Positions 1 to 12,693 of a stretch of 64,000 nt of DNA are shown piece by piece; the first letter of the stretch is position 1, and each line of letters starts with the position of its first letter. The translations under genes and the position numbers were made by a program. Below the pieces are notes generated by a model. It was not told the DNA's origin and did not search any database. It saw only the letters and a program-made list of their open reading frames with translations. The DNA comes from Octopus sinensis (taxonomy: Eukaryota): NCBI RefSeq assembly GCF_006345805.1, contig NC_043009.1:68758001-68822000 (forward strand). The letters run 5' to 3'.

Positions 1-291
1 TATAATATATATAATGTATGTATGTATGTATGTATGTATGTATTATGTGTGTATGTATGTATGTATGTATGTGTGTATGTATGTATGTATATGTATGTAT
101 GTATGTATGTGTGTTATGTATGTATGTATGTATGTGTGTTGTATGTATGTATATATGTGTGTATATATAGTTATTTACATAGGTATATATATACATAGGT
201 ATTATAGATATATGTGTATACACACACACACACATATATATATATATACATTATATATATATATATATTATATATATATATATATACATAT

Positions 292-326
<35 letters not shown>

Positions 327-613
327 GACACATATGTTGTATGTATATACATGTGTACATGTGTATATGTAGACTTTATGTATGTATGTGTGTATGTATG
401 TATGTATGTATGTATGTATGTATGTGTGTATGTATGTATGTATGTATGTGTGTATGTATGTATGTATGTATGTGTGTATGTATGTATGTATATATGTGTG
501 TATATATTTATTTATATATGTATATACATAAAATATATGTATGTAGATATGTGTGTATATATAGTTATTTACATAGGTATATATATACATAGGTATTATA
601 GATATATGTGTAT

Positions 614-658
<45 letters not shown>

Positions 659-842
659 GACACATATGTGTGTATGTATATACATGTGTACATGTGTATA
701 TGTAGACTTATATGTATGTATGTATCTCTGTATCTATGTATGTAGATAATATGTAATATATATATATGTATGCATATATATATATATATACATATATACA
801 TATATATATATATATTTATATATATGTATGCATGTATGTATG

Positions 843-874
<32 letters not shown>

Positions 875-912
875 TGTATGTGTATGTATGTATGTATGTA
901 TGTGTATGTATG
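1..912. repeat. Compound microsatellite (TATG)n/(TA)n/(CA)n with an imperfect internal duplication
   Basis: Direct reading. The block agttatttacataggtat...tacacac occurs at ~169 and ~563. The ORFs here (VCMY, YIHT repeats) are translation artefacts. Confidence 0.95.
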
Positions 913-1217
913 TATTGCATGTTGATTCTCTCTTAACTGCACTGTTTCAGTTCGTTTTAATGGAAACTGAAGCAGGTGCTTTGTTTTACCCCTCCCCCCC
1001 CCCTCACTCCTCAACCGCCACCACCGCTCTCACCGACCCTCCACCACCGCTGCCGCTGCCGCTGCCACCACCAACAACAGCAACACTTCATTCTCGAATG
1101 TTATTTTATTGAACTTTTTGCTGAAATTCTTCATTTTTTTTGGCGTTGTTTTTGGTGTTTGAGTTTTATCTCTGTCTCCAGATGGGATGTCTGTGTTCCT
1201 AAGCAAAAGGAAGGAAA

Positions 1218-1251
1218 AGTAGTAGTAGTAGTAGTAGTAGTAGTGTTGGTG

Positions 1252-1283
<32 letters not shown>

Positions 1284-1293
1284 GGGGGTGGGG

Positions 1294-1340
<47 letters not shown>

Positions 1341-1353
1341 GGTGGTGGTGGTG
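1218..1353. repeat. (GTA)n/(GTG)n trinucleotide tract
   Basis: Direct reading; explains the poly-V and poly-T ORFs. Confidence 0.95.
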
Positions 1354-2193
1354 GGATCTTTATTTGCTACTATAGTGATTAAACGAAAGGACGTGAGAGC
1401 AGCTTCTCGAAGCAATGTGAGCTTTATTTTATCGATCTTGAAATGAATTAAGGGCAAAGTTGACTGCCACCAGATATAAACTCAGAATTTTAGAAAATCA
1501 CAGACATTTTGTTCGATGCTCTACTGATTTTGCTAATCTACCGTGAATGTGTGAAATCTGCTCCTGACTCAAGTGGGTGTTTATAATCCAATGAAGCCGT
1601 TTGTTCCAGGATTTCCCGAATAACGCTGGAATGGTAGAAACAGCAGATTACCAGCGAAATTACTTCTGTGAAAAACCTTTTTACTGGGTTCGAATATCTC
1701 TCAAACATATTCAAACTGGTATCTACTTATGAATTTACTACGGCGTGGCTGCCAAAGTGCGCCGCCAATAATTAATTTGATCGTTCGGAAGGGGGGAGGG
1801 CTTATTTTTCTAATTAGAGAAACCTAGTTTGTTAGTTCAGAGCTGCTTCTCTTTGGTATCTGGTGCTGAGGAGAAGATAGCCACTTCGAAATGCATGCAT
1901 CCAATATTCCAAAAAGCGACGCTCTGAACTCACCATAGTGTTCTTACACCATTTTATCTTCAGCGACAATATTTCTCCATGTCAAACTACAGCGAAAGCC
2001 TTTTTTCGGGTTCAAATATCTTTCAGCATGTTTGAACTAACATCAAGTTACAGTATTTTATCTCTCTCTACATTTTCAAAATTCAAAGCTCCACTTTGGC
2101 GTGCATCCATTCGATGGTTCTTAACTCTTATTTATTTATTCTCGTGTTTCGATATATTTTTGTTTCTTCACATTTTGTCACATTCTTCGTTAT

Positions 2194-2583
2194 CTTTTAT
2201 TTTTACTTGTTTCATTCAGTGGACTGCGTCCATGCTGGGGCACCGCCTTGAAGAATTTTAATCCAACGAATTGGCCCCACTACTTGTTTTTTAAGGCTTG
2301 GTATTTATTCTGTCTGTGCCTTTGTCAAACTGCTTAGTTCCAGGGACGTAAACACACCAACACCGGTCATCAAGCGGTGGTAGGAGGCAAACACAAAGAC
2401 ACACACGCACATATATATTCGACGGGCTTCTTTCAGTTTCCGTCTACCAAATCTACTCACAAAACTTTGGTCAAACTGAGACTATAGTAGAAGATACTTA
2501 CCCAAAGTGCCATTCAATGGGACTGAACCTGGAACCATGTGGTTGGGAAGCAAGCTTCTTACCAAACAGCTACATCTGCGCCT
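2194..2583 (-). mobile_element. SINE family A, near full length (tRNA-derived head, internal TA/TG tract, gactgaaacaagtaaaag tail)
   Basis: Reverse complement of the copy at 47308-47697, which has A-box-like TGGCTGTGTGG and B-box-like GGTTCAGTCCC. More than 12 partial copies occur in the window. Confidence 0.85.
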
Positions 2584-3998
2584 GCTAGTTGATTCTTTGT
2601 TATATTCTGGGTTCTTCACAATTTATCTTAATACTGACTCTTCGTTTTTGTTAAAACCTGATTTCCAATCGTTGGCTCCACACTCAGATATCTGTTCACT
2701 TAAGATCCGGCTGGGTTAACGGTTCGTTTTGGTCGACCACATGACACATGATCATGGTAGACAAGGAGGTATCTCCAGGAGACCTTGACTGACTAGGACC
2801 ATTCGCTCGGGAGGACCCGGAAATATACTGATAAATGGTGTATGCAGCAAAGCGCTGCAACTGCGCATGTCCCCACACCTGACCTGACTTATTCTATACT
2901 TGATGCTCCCTCGTTATGTTTTTTTCTTTCATTTTCTACTGTTTTTTGGTTTTGCATTTAATTCTTCGCTTTGTTCATATTCATAGTTGTTCCGCTGACC
3001 TATTGTTTATTCCAATTATCGTAAATTTTTAATTCTTCTTCTTTAATTAATTATATTCTTCGTCTTTCATATTTAGATAAACTCATCATTCTTCATCATA
3101 GTTTATATTCTTAGTTTTGCTCGTTCAGTTTTGTATTTTTTTTTCCTTCGTAGTTTATCATTCTTCGACGAAAAACGTTCATATCAGAATATAATCGCAT
3201 TCTTAGTAGAATTCTTTTGCTGTCTTGTGTAGTTATCCTCATCTTAGCTTATATTGTTAGTTATTTATCTTTGATTTTCGTTTCTTGGTGTTTCGTTACT
3301 CTTCATTGTTTGCTATCTGCTTCTTTCCTCATTTCGTTTATATTATTTCTTCATCTTTTGTTGCGTAGTTTGTTCCACGTTTTTGTTTCGTTCTTAGTTC
3401 TTCGTTTTCTTATAGTGTTAATTATCCAGCTTTGATTGGGTTATTGTTTGTTCGTCTGCATTCGTTGTTCGTCATCAACATTCTGCTTATCTTCCTGTTT
3501 TATAATCTCCGTTTCTCAATAATAGCTAAAATTTTAGATCTTCATGTTTGGGTATTGTTTTTCTTCTTCTCTTCGCGATTTTTCCTGTATCATTAAATAC
3601 TTGTTTCGTGATTTTTTCTTATTCTTATTTGTATATGTCTATGGATATTCTCCGTTGTTAATCTTTGTTCGGTACTATAAAATTTGTGATTAGGATGTCG
3701 TAGGAAAGTATCGCAAGGCAGAACCTCCAGCCCCAACGAACCGGTATCGGACGTAGGATTAGACCAAGAACGAGGTAGTTTTAGAGTATCCCTAGTGTCA
3801 GTTGGTCACGCTTGGAAATTCGGCAGGACAATCAAATGACCGTTACTTTTGACAGGGCTTTAAGTAGAAAAAAAATAATCCTTTTCTACTATAAGCATAA
3901 AGCTTGGGATTTTAGGGGACAGGGGCCTAGTCGATTGCATCGACACCAGTGTTTGACCAGTACTTTATCTACCCAGGGATGGCAGGCGAAATTTTCCC

Positions 3999-4127
3999 CA
4001 AGACACCTGATGAAGGCTGGAGGGTATATCAGCCGAAACGTTGTGTTAACAACAAACAAGATGAGGACAAATATCGTCAAATGTAAATAATGTACATAAT
4101 TCCTCATCTCTTAAATATAGAACTGTA
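3999..4127 (+). mobile_element. Penelope-like element terminal fragment carrying a hammerhead motif
   Basis: Contains the type I hammerhead at 4002-4047 followed by an AT-rich tail. Assignment to PLEs rests on the known association of PLE terminal repeats with minimal hammerheads. Confidence 0.55.
4002..4047 (+). ncRNA. Minimal type I hammerhead ribozyme
   Basis: GACAC-CUGAUGA-A-GGCUG(10 nt)CAGCC-GAAA-C-GUU-GUGUU: stem I 5 bp, stem II 5 bp, palindromic ACGU stem III, GUU cleavage triplet. Confidence 0.8.
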
Positions 4128-4161
4128 TTATCTAATGCAATATTTCTGTTTCCACAATCGT

Positions 4162-4486
4162 GAAGGCACATGGCTTAATAGTCAGTGTATTCGGCTCACA
4201 ATCGTAAAGGTCGTGAGTTCGCTAACTGGCGATGCGTTGTGTCTTCGAGCGAGACACTTTATTTGATGTTGCTCCAGTCCACTCAGCTGGAAAAAAATTG
4301 AGTTGTATCTGCATTTCAAAGAACCAACCATGTCACATTTTGTATCGTGCTGAATTTTGCTGAGAACAACGTTAAGGTTACGCGTGACTGTGGAGTGCTC
4401 AGCCACTTGCATGTTAATCTCACAAGCAGGCTGATCCGTTGATCGGATCAACTGGAACACCCATCGTCGAAACCGACGGAGCGCCA
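4162..4486 (+). mobile_element. SINE family C (tRNA-like head, Meta-type core, ...aaccgacggagtgcca tail)
   Basis: Similar to 49571-49936 (+) and 40903-41263 (-); core gagacacttta...ttgctccagtccactcagctg. Confidence 0.8.
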
Positions 4487-4689
4487 GTTCTTACAATCGC
4501 AGTAACAGAAAAGCAACATACAGTAATGTCTTCCGGAATCCTGTGAATTCACCAATAAAAAAAGTCTTGGAATTTGGTGAAACTTAATACTTAATTGCTT
4601 ATTCGATAAAATGAATCCCTTGTTTTATTTCCTGAAAGGTTGCCTATAAGTTTGGGAAACACCGAACCAAACCAATTTGTACAGAGAAA

Positions 4690-4808
4690 AGTGGCACTCC
4701 ATCGGTTACGACGATGAGGGTTCCAGTTGATCCGATCAACGGAACAGTCTGCTCGTGAAATTAACGTGCAAGTGGCTGAGGACTCCACACACACGTGAAC
4801 CCTTAACA
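4690..4808 (-). mobile_element. SINE family C, 3' part
   Basis: Reverse complement of the family C tail. Confidence 0.75.
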
Positions 4809-5613
4809 TGTATATACATCTTTCTCTCTCTCTCTCTCCTCCCTTATTCCCCTTCCTTTCTTTCCCTCTCCATCCGTCTTCCCCCCCCCTTCTACGTTTC
4901 TCTATCTCTCTCACCTCCAGCCCCCTCGATCTGTCTCTTTCTTCTCCTCCCTCGTCCACCTTCTCTCTCTTTTCATCTGTCCCTTTCTCCTGTCTTTTGT
5001 TCTCACGTGACCGCTAGCCGCTGTTGAGCGCTCTTTTCGTTCCAGCAGTCGCAGAAGCAACCACGTATTTGTTCGTCTCCCTGCGGCCTTTAGGCACAAC
5101 TTCACAAGCAGCCCATACTCAACTCGTCCTGTCGAAGACACCTTGTCCTACGTCCTGGTTTTGTTTTGTTGTTTATTTTTTATTTTTACCGTTATTGTTT
5201 TTACGTTTTTGTATTCTTATTGGTGTCACGTATTCTGTATTTTTGTTCGTGTACTTCGTTCGTTTTCCGTCCTCGTGTTGTATACATTCGAAGCTTCTTC
5301 CAGGGGATCTAATGCGCTTGGCTTAGATTCCCTTGGCGGGCTGGCCATATCGGAGCAATCTCAAGATTAATCAGCCGAAATTGCTAAGATGATCTGGTTC
5401 TTGACTGATGACTGAGGGCTTCGAATGTCCCGTCCTGTTGTTCTTGTGTCGTCTCTGTGGTGTTTCATGTTCTTGTCCATGTCTGTAATTATTTTTACTG
5501 TTTACCTATATATATATATATATATATATAACTAATATAGGATGAAGTTTTTTTACAGAAAAAAATTTCATCAAAAAGTGGCAGCATATTAAAATACCTT
5601 TAAAGGTTAAAAT

Positions 5614-5989
5614 TATAAACAAGGGCAAAAAAAAAATTATTTCTATGCCAATATGCTGATAACAGACTTTTAAATCGTCAATTTCCACATATTATTATAC
5701 CCACTACAGAAATACGTTGTGCTGAAATCGAGGAAAGCTAGCCAACAGAATATTTTTTTTAAAGTTCGTTATTTCTATATTAAATCAATTTCGGAATTAA
5801 TCTCATAACAGATTTTTTCCTCTTCAGTAGAAAATACAAAAGAAAAAACATAAATGAAATACTTACAAGCACCCATGGAAAAAAAGTCGAAGCAAAAGTC
5901 ATGAGTACATATAAGTACCCCAGAAGAGGAAAAAAAGTCTGTTATCGATATGTTGGCATAGAAATAATTTTTGTTTGCCCTTGTTTATA
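5614..5989. mobile_element. MITE-like element with ~57-bp inverted termini and TA flanks
   Basis: 5614-5671 (tataaacaagggcaaa...gataacagactttt) is the reverse complement of 5933-5989. Confidence 0.6.
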
Positions 5990-6629
5990 TATATATATAC
6001 ATAACTTGGGTTACTGGGCTACTATGAAAATTATACTCTCATTTTTTAAATGATAGAATGGCGATGTAGGTGATGCTGGTTGAGAATGTTGGTATAGTTT
6101 GTGATTATCATTGATGATGATGATGATGATGAGGAGGAGGAGGAGGAGGGGGTAGGAGGAGACGAATAACAAGAAGAAGAAGAAGAAGAAGAAGAAAAAG
6201 AAGAAGAAGGTGGCGGCGATGATGATGATGATGATTGTAGTGGTGGTAGTGATGGGATGGTTATGACAACAACGACGACAAGGAAGGGGAGGAGGGGAAG
6301 CTGAAACCCGTTATCCATGTAATTAATAGATTTTGCGAGCGCGCGCGCGCGTTTGTGTGAGTGTGAGTGTTTGTGTGTGTGTGTGTGTGTGTGCCTGTCG
6401 CAGAGAAGATAAAAAACAATGCAAATCAACATTTTAGAACAAAAGGAAATGAGAAAGAAAGAAAGAAAGAAGGAAGGAAAGAAAGAAAGAAAGAAAGAAA
6501 GAAAGAAGGAAAGTGTAGCTATAAGTAGAAGATTCCCAAGGGCCCCGCAGATCTTAATGGAATCAGTTACAGCTGTGGTTCCATCTTGGCAATACTATTT
6601 TAAAATTTCATTTCAGCCTTTGTTTCAAC

Positions 6630-6673
<44 letters not shown>

Positions 6674-7150
6674 TTCAAGAACCAATTTATAAACCGAAAA
6701 CGACCCCGCTGGTCACCAAACTCTAGAAGACAGATCTAAATTTAACGATACATATTTATCTAACGAAATAATATATTACACCAGACACTATCGATTTTTT
6801 CCAGTGATTTTTTATTTATTTTTTTTTAATTTACTTCTTTTAATTTATTTGTTCTTCACAGTTTCAGGTTGAAATTTGAAATTTTCCTCGTTTCCTCGTC
6901 CTTTCATAATTCTCTACAGAAAGAAGATGCTGTCGAAATCACCTGGCATAACGTCATGTCTTCAGGGTTATTTGCGAATTTATTTATTAAATTTTTTATA
7001 CTTTTTGTGGCTAACAAGCGAGGACATGGTCGTGTGGTTAAAATGCTTGCTTCTCGATCATGTGGTTCCTGGTTCGGTCTCAGAGGAAATTTGAGCAAGT
7101 GTCTTCAACTGGTTGAAAACCAAATTTCTTATTACACAGCAGCGCCTACG

Positions 7151-7207
<57 letters not shown>

Positions 7208-7290
7208 TATATATATAGCTAAGGTTTTGGCTGCTATTTCTAAACTTCGGTATGTGGTAAAGCAAATCTTTGCTGAACCCTAATTATTAA

Positions 7291-7350
<60 letters not shown>

Positions 7351-8640
7351 TATATACATTCAAAGAGAAAGAGAGGGAGAGATTAATGGATAGATAGAGA
7401 GATAAACAGAGCAAGAGAGAGTGAGAGTGAAAAGCCGAGAAAGAAAATAAGGAAGAAACAAATTTAGAAAGGACAAATATGAAAGACCAGTACGAAGAAT
7501 TCAACAAGAAACTGAAGAAAAACCGAACGGAAGACCTGATGAAGCACAAGCTATAAAAAAAAATCGAAGAAACAAATTTGTAGGAACAAACAACGAAGTA
7601 TTCAAAGAAGCGTTTATTGAAGCACAGCGTTATGAAGAAATGAAGACGTTGTGGCAGTTTTATAAGAAAAGTATTTTGCCAGAGGAAAAGCTATAAGATG
7701 GATGTTTCAAAAAGAGTTGTTACAAAAGCAGACTACCGCTTTCAATGAGACGAGAGCTTTCTCCTTTCTTACGGTCTCTTGTGAATGCTCTTGAAAATAT
7801 CCATATCACTGAAACTTCAAAGAAAACCCAAGTCGTACAATTCGTCTTTATCATTAATGAGAACATAGAATTATTCAGAGCTTCCTGGAAGTGGATCTTA
7901 CAGTTTCAAAGTACGCTATCAAATGTAAGATGATTTAAAAGTCCCTTTAAGTATTAATATAAACCAGCTTACAGCAGTGGTCAGTTGGTGCCAGTAGATG
8001 TTCTTGATACACATTTCGCCACCTCCTCTCTTTCTCCTTTCTTCAAACATCTCACTTCCACTTCCTTTCTATAGCCTTCATCAACCTCCGCCACCGTATT
8101 CAAAACCCTCCACAGACCGCCGTTGACTACCACAGCTCCATGGCTCGTGGCCTCCAGAGTTGTACTATAAAATACACTGTAAATATACTATAAAACGGTA
8201 ACTAAGTCACTAATTAATAGCAACAGAAAATGTATTAATACCAAAAGGTATTAAAGCAGATGTGTTAGAAAACAGAATACTACGATGGTTACCATGAAGG
8301 AACTTCTCATATGGACGTGTGGTGTATATAACCACTTGTGTTTACATCAGTAGCGGGAGATAATCATCCGCTATCACCGTGATTTCGGTCTTCCTTGGCC
8401 TTGTCAATGGTAGACGTCCAAAGCTAGAAATCGTAACAAGATTCCTCCACCAGCGCTCCCATTAGCAATATCAACATGAGATCTTACATGCACCAAAAGT
8501 CCATGCGAGAGGTTCTCTCAAGGTAAATAATCCAGTACACACTTTTAAGTAGGGGTTAAAATAACCTTTGGCAATTAAATCAGTTTAATAACTCTCAAGA
8601 ATACCTGGTAATGTTTACACGGTTAAAATGCAATTTGAGA

Positions 8641-9040
8641 AGGCGGCGAGCTGGCAGAAACATTAGCACGCCGGTCGAAATGCTTAGCTGTATTTCGTCT
8701 GCCGTTACGTTCTGAGTTCAAATTCCGCCGAAGTCAACTTTGCCTTTCATCCTTTCGGGGTCGATTAAATAAGTACCAGTTACGCACTGGGGTCGATATA
8801 ATCGACTTAATCCATTTGTCTGTCCTTGTTTGTTCACTCTGTGTTTAGCCCCTTGTGGGTAGTAAAGAAATAGGTATTTCGTTTGTCTTTACGCTCTGGG
8901 TTCAAATTCCGCCGAGGTTGACTTTGTCTTTCATCTTTTCGGAGTCGATAAATTAAGTGCCAGTTGCGTACTGGAGTCGATCTAATCGGCTGGCCCCTCC
9001 CCCAAAATTTCGGGCCTTCTGCCTAGAGTAGGAAAGAATA
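8641..9040 (+). mobile_element. SINE family B, head-to-tail dimer
   Basis: Head ggcggcgagctggcagaa, B-box gagttcaaattcc; the second unit restarts at ggtatttcgt (~8871). Confidence 0.85.
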
Positions 9041-9635
9041 TGCAGTTTGGGGAGGGTTTAAGAAATGCAAGTAAAATGACCGCAAGTGATGGCAACGGCC
9101 GCGCATTATAAGAACCGACGAGAAGCTTCAATTTTAATAATAGTATCCTTCATTTTGCCGAATTCACATCACCTACTTGCATCTTCTAGAGATATCCGAA
9201 GTATTTCAGAACTAGCAGTTGAGGTACACCATTCCAATGTACCCAGCAACGAAAATCACAAATAAAGTATTACGGTGGCTTGCTTTATTTACATCGTGTC
9301 TTAATAGATGTATTTAGCGATTTTGAGACCATTAAAAATAATTGGTGAATCTCCTTTCGACCCTAAAAGATTCTTATATTTTCTCGTAAATGTGATTGGT
9401 TTCATCTTATATAAAATATATTTACAGTTTTCATGTTATATAATATATCTGAACGTTCTATACATTGACTACATCACATATTGCTTATATGAAACTATTG
9501 GCGTTCACTCTCGTCACTTCCGAGCAATTTACCTTCATTAAATTTTTCAAAGTCCCAAACTGTAACCTTTTTTTCAAGGTGGTGCCCCAACATGGCCGCA
9601 GTCTAATGACTGAAACAAGAGATCAAGCATACACA

Positions 9636-9748
9636 CAGATGATCCTTGGGGCGTCCAGATGATCTTTGGGTGGGGAGTCCAGATGATCTTTGGGTGGGAG
9701 GTTCAGATGATCCTTGCAGGGGTCCAGATGAGCCTTGGGGTCCAGATA
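9636..9748 (+). repeat. Minisatellite of 18-24-bp units starting CAGATGATC(C/T)TTG
   Basis: Unit starts at 9636, 9656, 9680, 9704, 9725 and 9743 (last one partial). Confidence 0.85.
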
Positions 9749-9934
9749 TAATAAAAATTTATCAGCAATAAATTCGTTTTACTTCTACAATATTCTTTTA
9801 CTCGTTTCAGTCATTTGACTGCAGCCATGCTGAAGCACCGCCTTTAGTTGAACAACTCGATCCCAGGACTTATGTGATGGTGGAGGGATAAACACACATA
9901 CACAAACACAAATATTTGTATTTTTATATATATG

Positions 9935-9996
<62 letters not shown>

Positions 9997-10448
9997 ATAT
10001 ATTAACAATTAAGGAACGGCCATAATAGGCATTCACCCACTAGAAATAACAGCCAAAGCTTCTACCGCAATAAAGATTAATTCCGTAAACAGGGAAAATT
10101 AAAAAAACATTTACCTGTAATTTCTTGTACGGTATACCGTTTCATCCGCTGTTTAATGGTAAACTAACCTGATTAAATAAATCAAGCCAATTTCCATAGC
10201 CCTCGGATTCTTCAGCAAGAAATAGCTCAAGTCGGAACAGATATATACACGAGGCATACCCAATCTTGCCAAGTCAATATCTGACCTAAAACTTTCAAAT
10301 CGTCGCACTCGCGCCAAATTTATCGGCAGCAAATAAATATAGCCGTCGATTCCATTACGGAATTAACCAAAAATTCATAATTAATCAATATAGGGTGGCA
10401 AGAAAATTTTGTAGAATTTTATTGCCACCCAGCGGCCCAGCGGAAAAA

Positions 10449-10507
<59 letters not shown>

Positions 10508-10578
10508 GTATGTATTATGCATATATGTATGTATAAAGATGAAAAGGAACATACGAGTTGATATATATATAAAAAACA

Positions 10579-11014
10579 AGTCAGGATATAAAATGCTAAA
10601 ATAATTTTATAAAGAACATTTCAGTACCGGTTTCAGTCATTGAGACCTTTTCAACTGTAACAATTAAATAATTAAATTTAGAAAAATTAAAAGAAAAGTT
10701 TTTTAAAGGAATATTTGTATAGTGTTCAAATATAAGTGGCATTTTCCTTGTTTCTGCCTTTCTCTGTCTCTCTTGTTTACTCTTGTCTCTGTCTCTCTTG
10801 TTTACCCACAAGAGTAAACAAGAGACAGAGAAAGGCAGAAACAAGGAAAAATGCCACTTATATTTGAACACTATACAAATATTCCTTTAAAAGAACATTT
10901 CTTTTAATTTTTCTAATTTTAATTATTTAATTGTTACAGTTGAAAAGGTCTCAATGACTGAAACCGGTACTGAAATGTTCTTTATAAAATTATTTTAGCA
11001 TTTTATATCCTGAC

Positions 11015-11015
<1 letters not shown>
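10579..11015. repeat. Long inverted duplication (~208-bp arms, 21-bp spacer)
   Basis: 10579-10786 is a near-exact reverse complement of 10808-11015; (TA)n lies on both sides. Confidence 0.9.
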
Positions 11016-11067
<52 letters not shown>

Positions 11068-11176
11068 ATATATATATACATATATATACTATATATATAT
11101 ATATATAATATATATATATATAGATATATATATATATATATATCTATATATATATATATATATATATACATATTAT

Positions 11177-11243
<67 letters not shown>

Positions 11244-11252
11244 TATATATAC

Positions 11253-11410
11253 ACGATGGGCTTCTTTTAATTTTCGTTTACCAAATCCACTCACGAGGCT
11301 TTGGTCGGCCCCGGGCTTTAGTAGAAGACACTTACCCAAGGTGCCACGCTGTGGGACTGAACCCGGAACCATGTGGTTGGGAAGCAAGCTTCTTACCACA
11401 AAGCCACGCT
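11253..11410 (-). mobile_element. SINE family A, 5' half
   Basis: Matches the family A head. Confidence 0.8.
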
Positions 11411-11811
11411 ACAAAATATTTTATCAATTTTTTCATACAATTCTTAATAATATTTAATTAAAAAAATTTAATTGGATTTTTTTTAAGCATCCGATGGCTA
11501 CGAGGATCCATTCGTGTAAAATATGAGGAAAAAGGTGTCTATGGGCAAAACATGGTTGTCGAACAAAATACCTCGGAGTTTTTCTGCCGACTCTTTATGT
11601 TCTGCGTTCAGTTTCCGTTGGAGTCAGCTTTGCCTTTCATTCCTCCTGGGTCGATAAAATAAGTACCGGACAATTATTGGGGTTAATGGTATTGATTAAC
11701 CTCCTCCTCTCAAAACTCCGGTCCTTGTGCCCAAACTAGAAACCCGAGGATAAAAACTTGCCTTTTCAAATTTCCGGAGATCGTTAAAGCACTCAAACAC
11801 ACACGCACACA

Positions 11812-11907
<96 letters not shown>

Positions 11908-12138
11908 CTTTACTCTTTTACTTGTTTCAGTCATTTGACTGCGGCCATGCTGGAGCACCGCCTTTAGTCGAGCAACTCGAACCCGGGACTTATTCTTTGT
12001 AAGCCCAGTACTTATTCTATCGGTCTCTTTTTGCCGAACCGCTAAGTGACGGGGACATAAACACACCAGCATTGGTTGTCAAGCAATGCTAGGGGGACAG
12101 ACACAGACACACAAACATACATGCACACACACACACAC

Positions 12139-12189
<51 letters not shown>

Positions 12190-12192
<3 letters not shown>

Positions 12193-12693
12193 TAAAACGG
12201 TAAGATAACAAAAGAAAGAAAGAGACCTCAATATTATGTAAATAGAGGAAATTTATCTATACAATAATATGTTACATTACTCGATACATGGAAAGATGGC
12301 TTATCTGGAAAAGCAGCTTAGACCCTACTACATGTCTAAACACAAGGACAGAACTTTTCGGATCATGCCCACGTTTGACTCAATTTCTGTTACGTTTTTG
12401 GTCCCCTAAAGAAAACAGATAGAACATGCTTTCTATGTTATGTCCCAAGAAGATTTTACATATTTTTTATATATTTCTTATGTATTTTTATATAATTTTT
12501 ATGACGAAAAATGCGAGCGATGTATAAGTACGCAGGCAAGCAGAGTTATAACACAGTAATTTCCCTTTGTATAACGGTATTTTTTCATAGCGTTTTCAAA
12601 TAGCCAGATAACCGAAGAGATGCTGTTGTGGATTTCCACTTCGGCATCTGAAACTCAGAGTTTTATCTTGACTATCGAGTAATGTAACATATT

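Noticed and set aside
1925-1945. ATG|GTGAGT first-exon signal on the minus strand
   Set aside because: A single motif is expected by chance in 64 kb, and no downstream exon was identified.
5330-5435. Hammerhead at ggctg...cagccGAAA or at CTGATGA 5405
   Set aside because: The core and GAAA elements do not occur in one compatible fold.
9636-9748. CRISPR-like repeat-spacer pattern
   Set aside because: Units are 18-24 bp with related G-rich spacers; eukaryotic context and no cas genes. It is a minisatellite.
10110-10290. Candidate minus-strand exons (donors CAG|GTAAAT and CAG|GTTAGT)
   Set aside because: Two competing open frames and splice signals too close together; no recognisable product.
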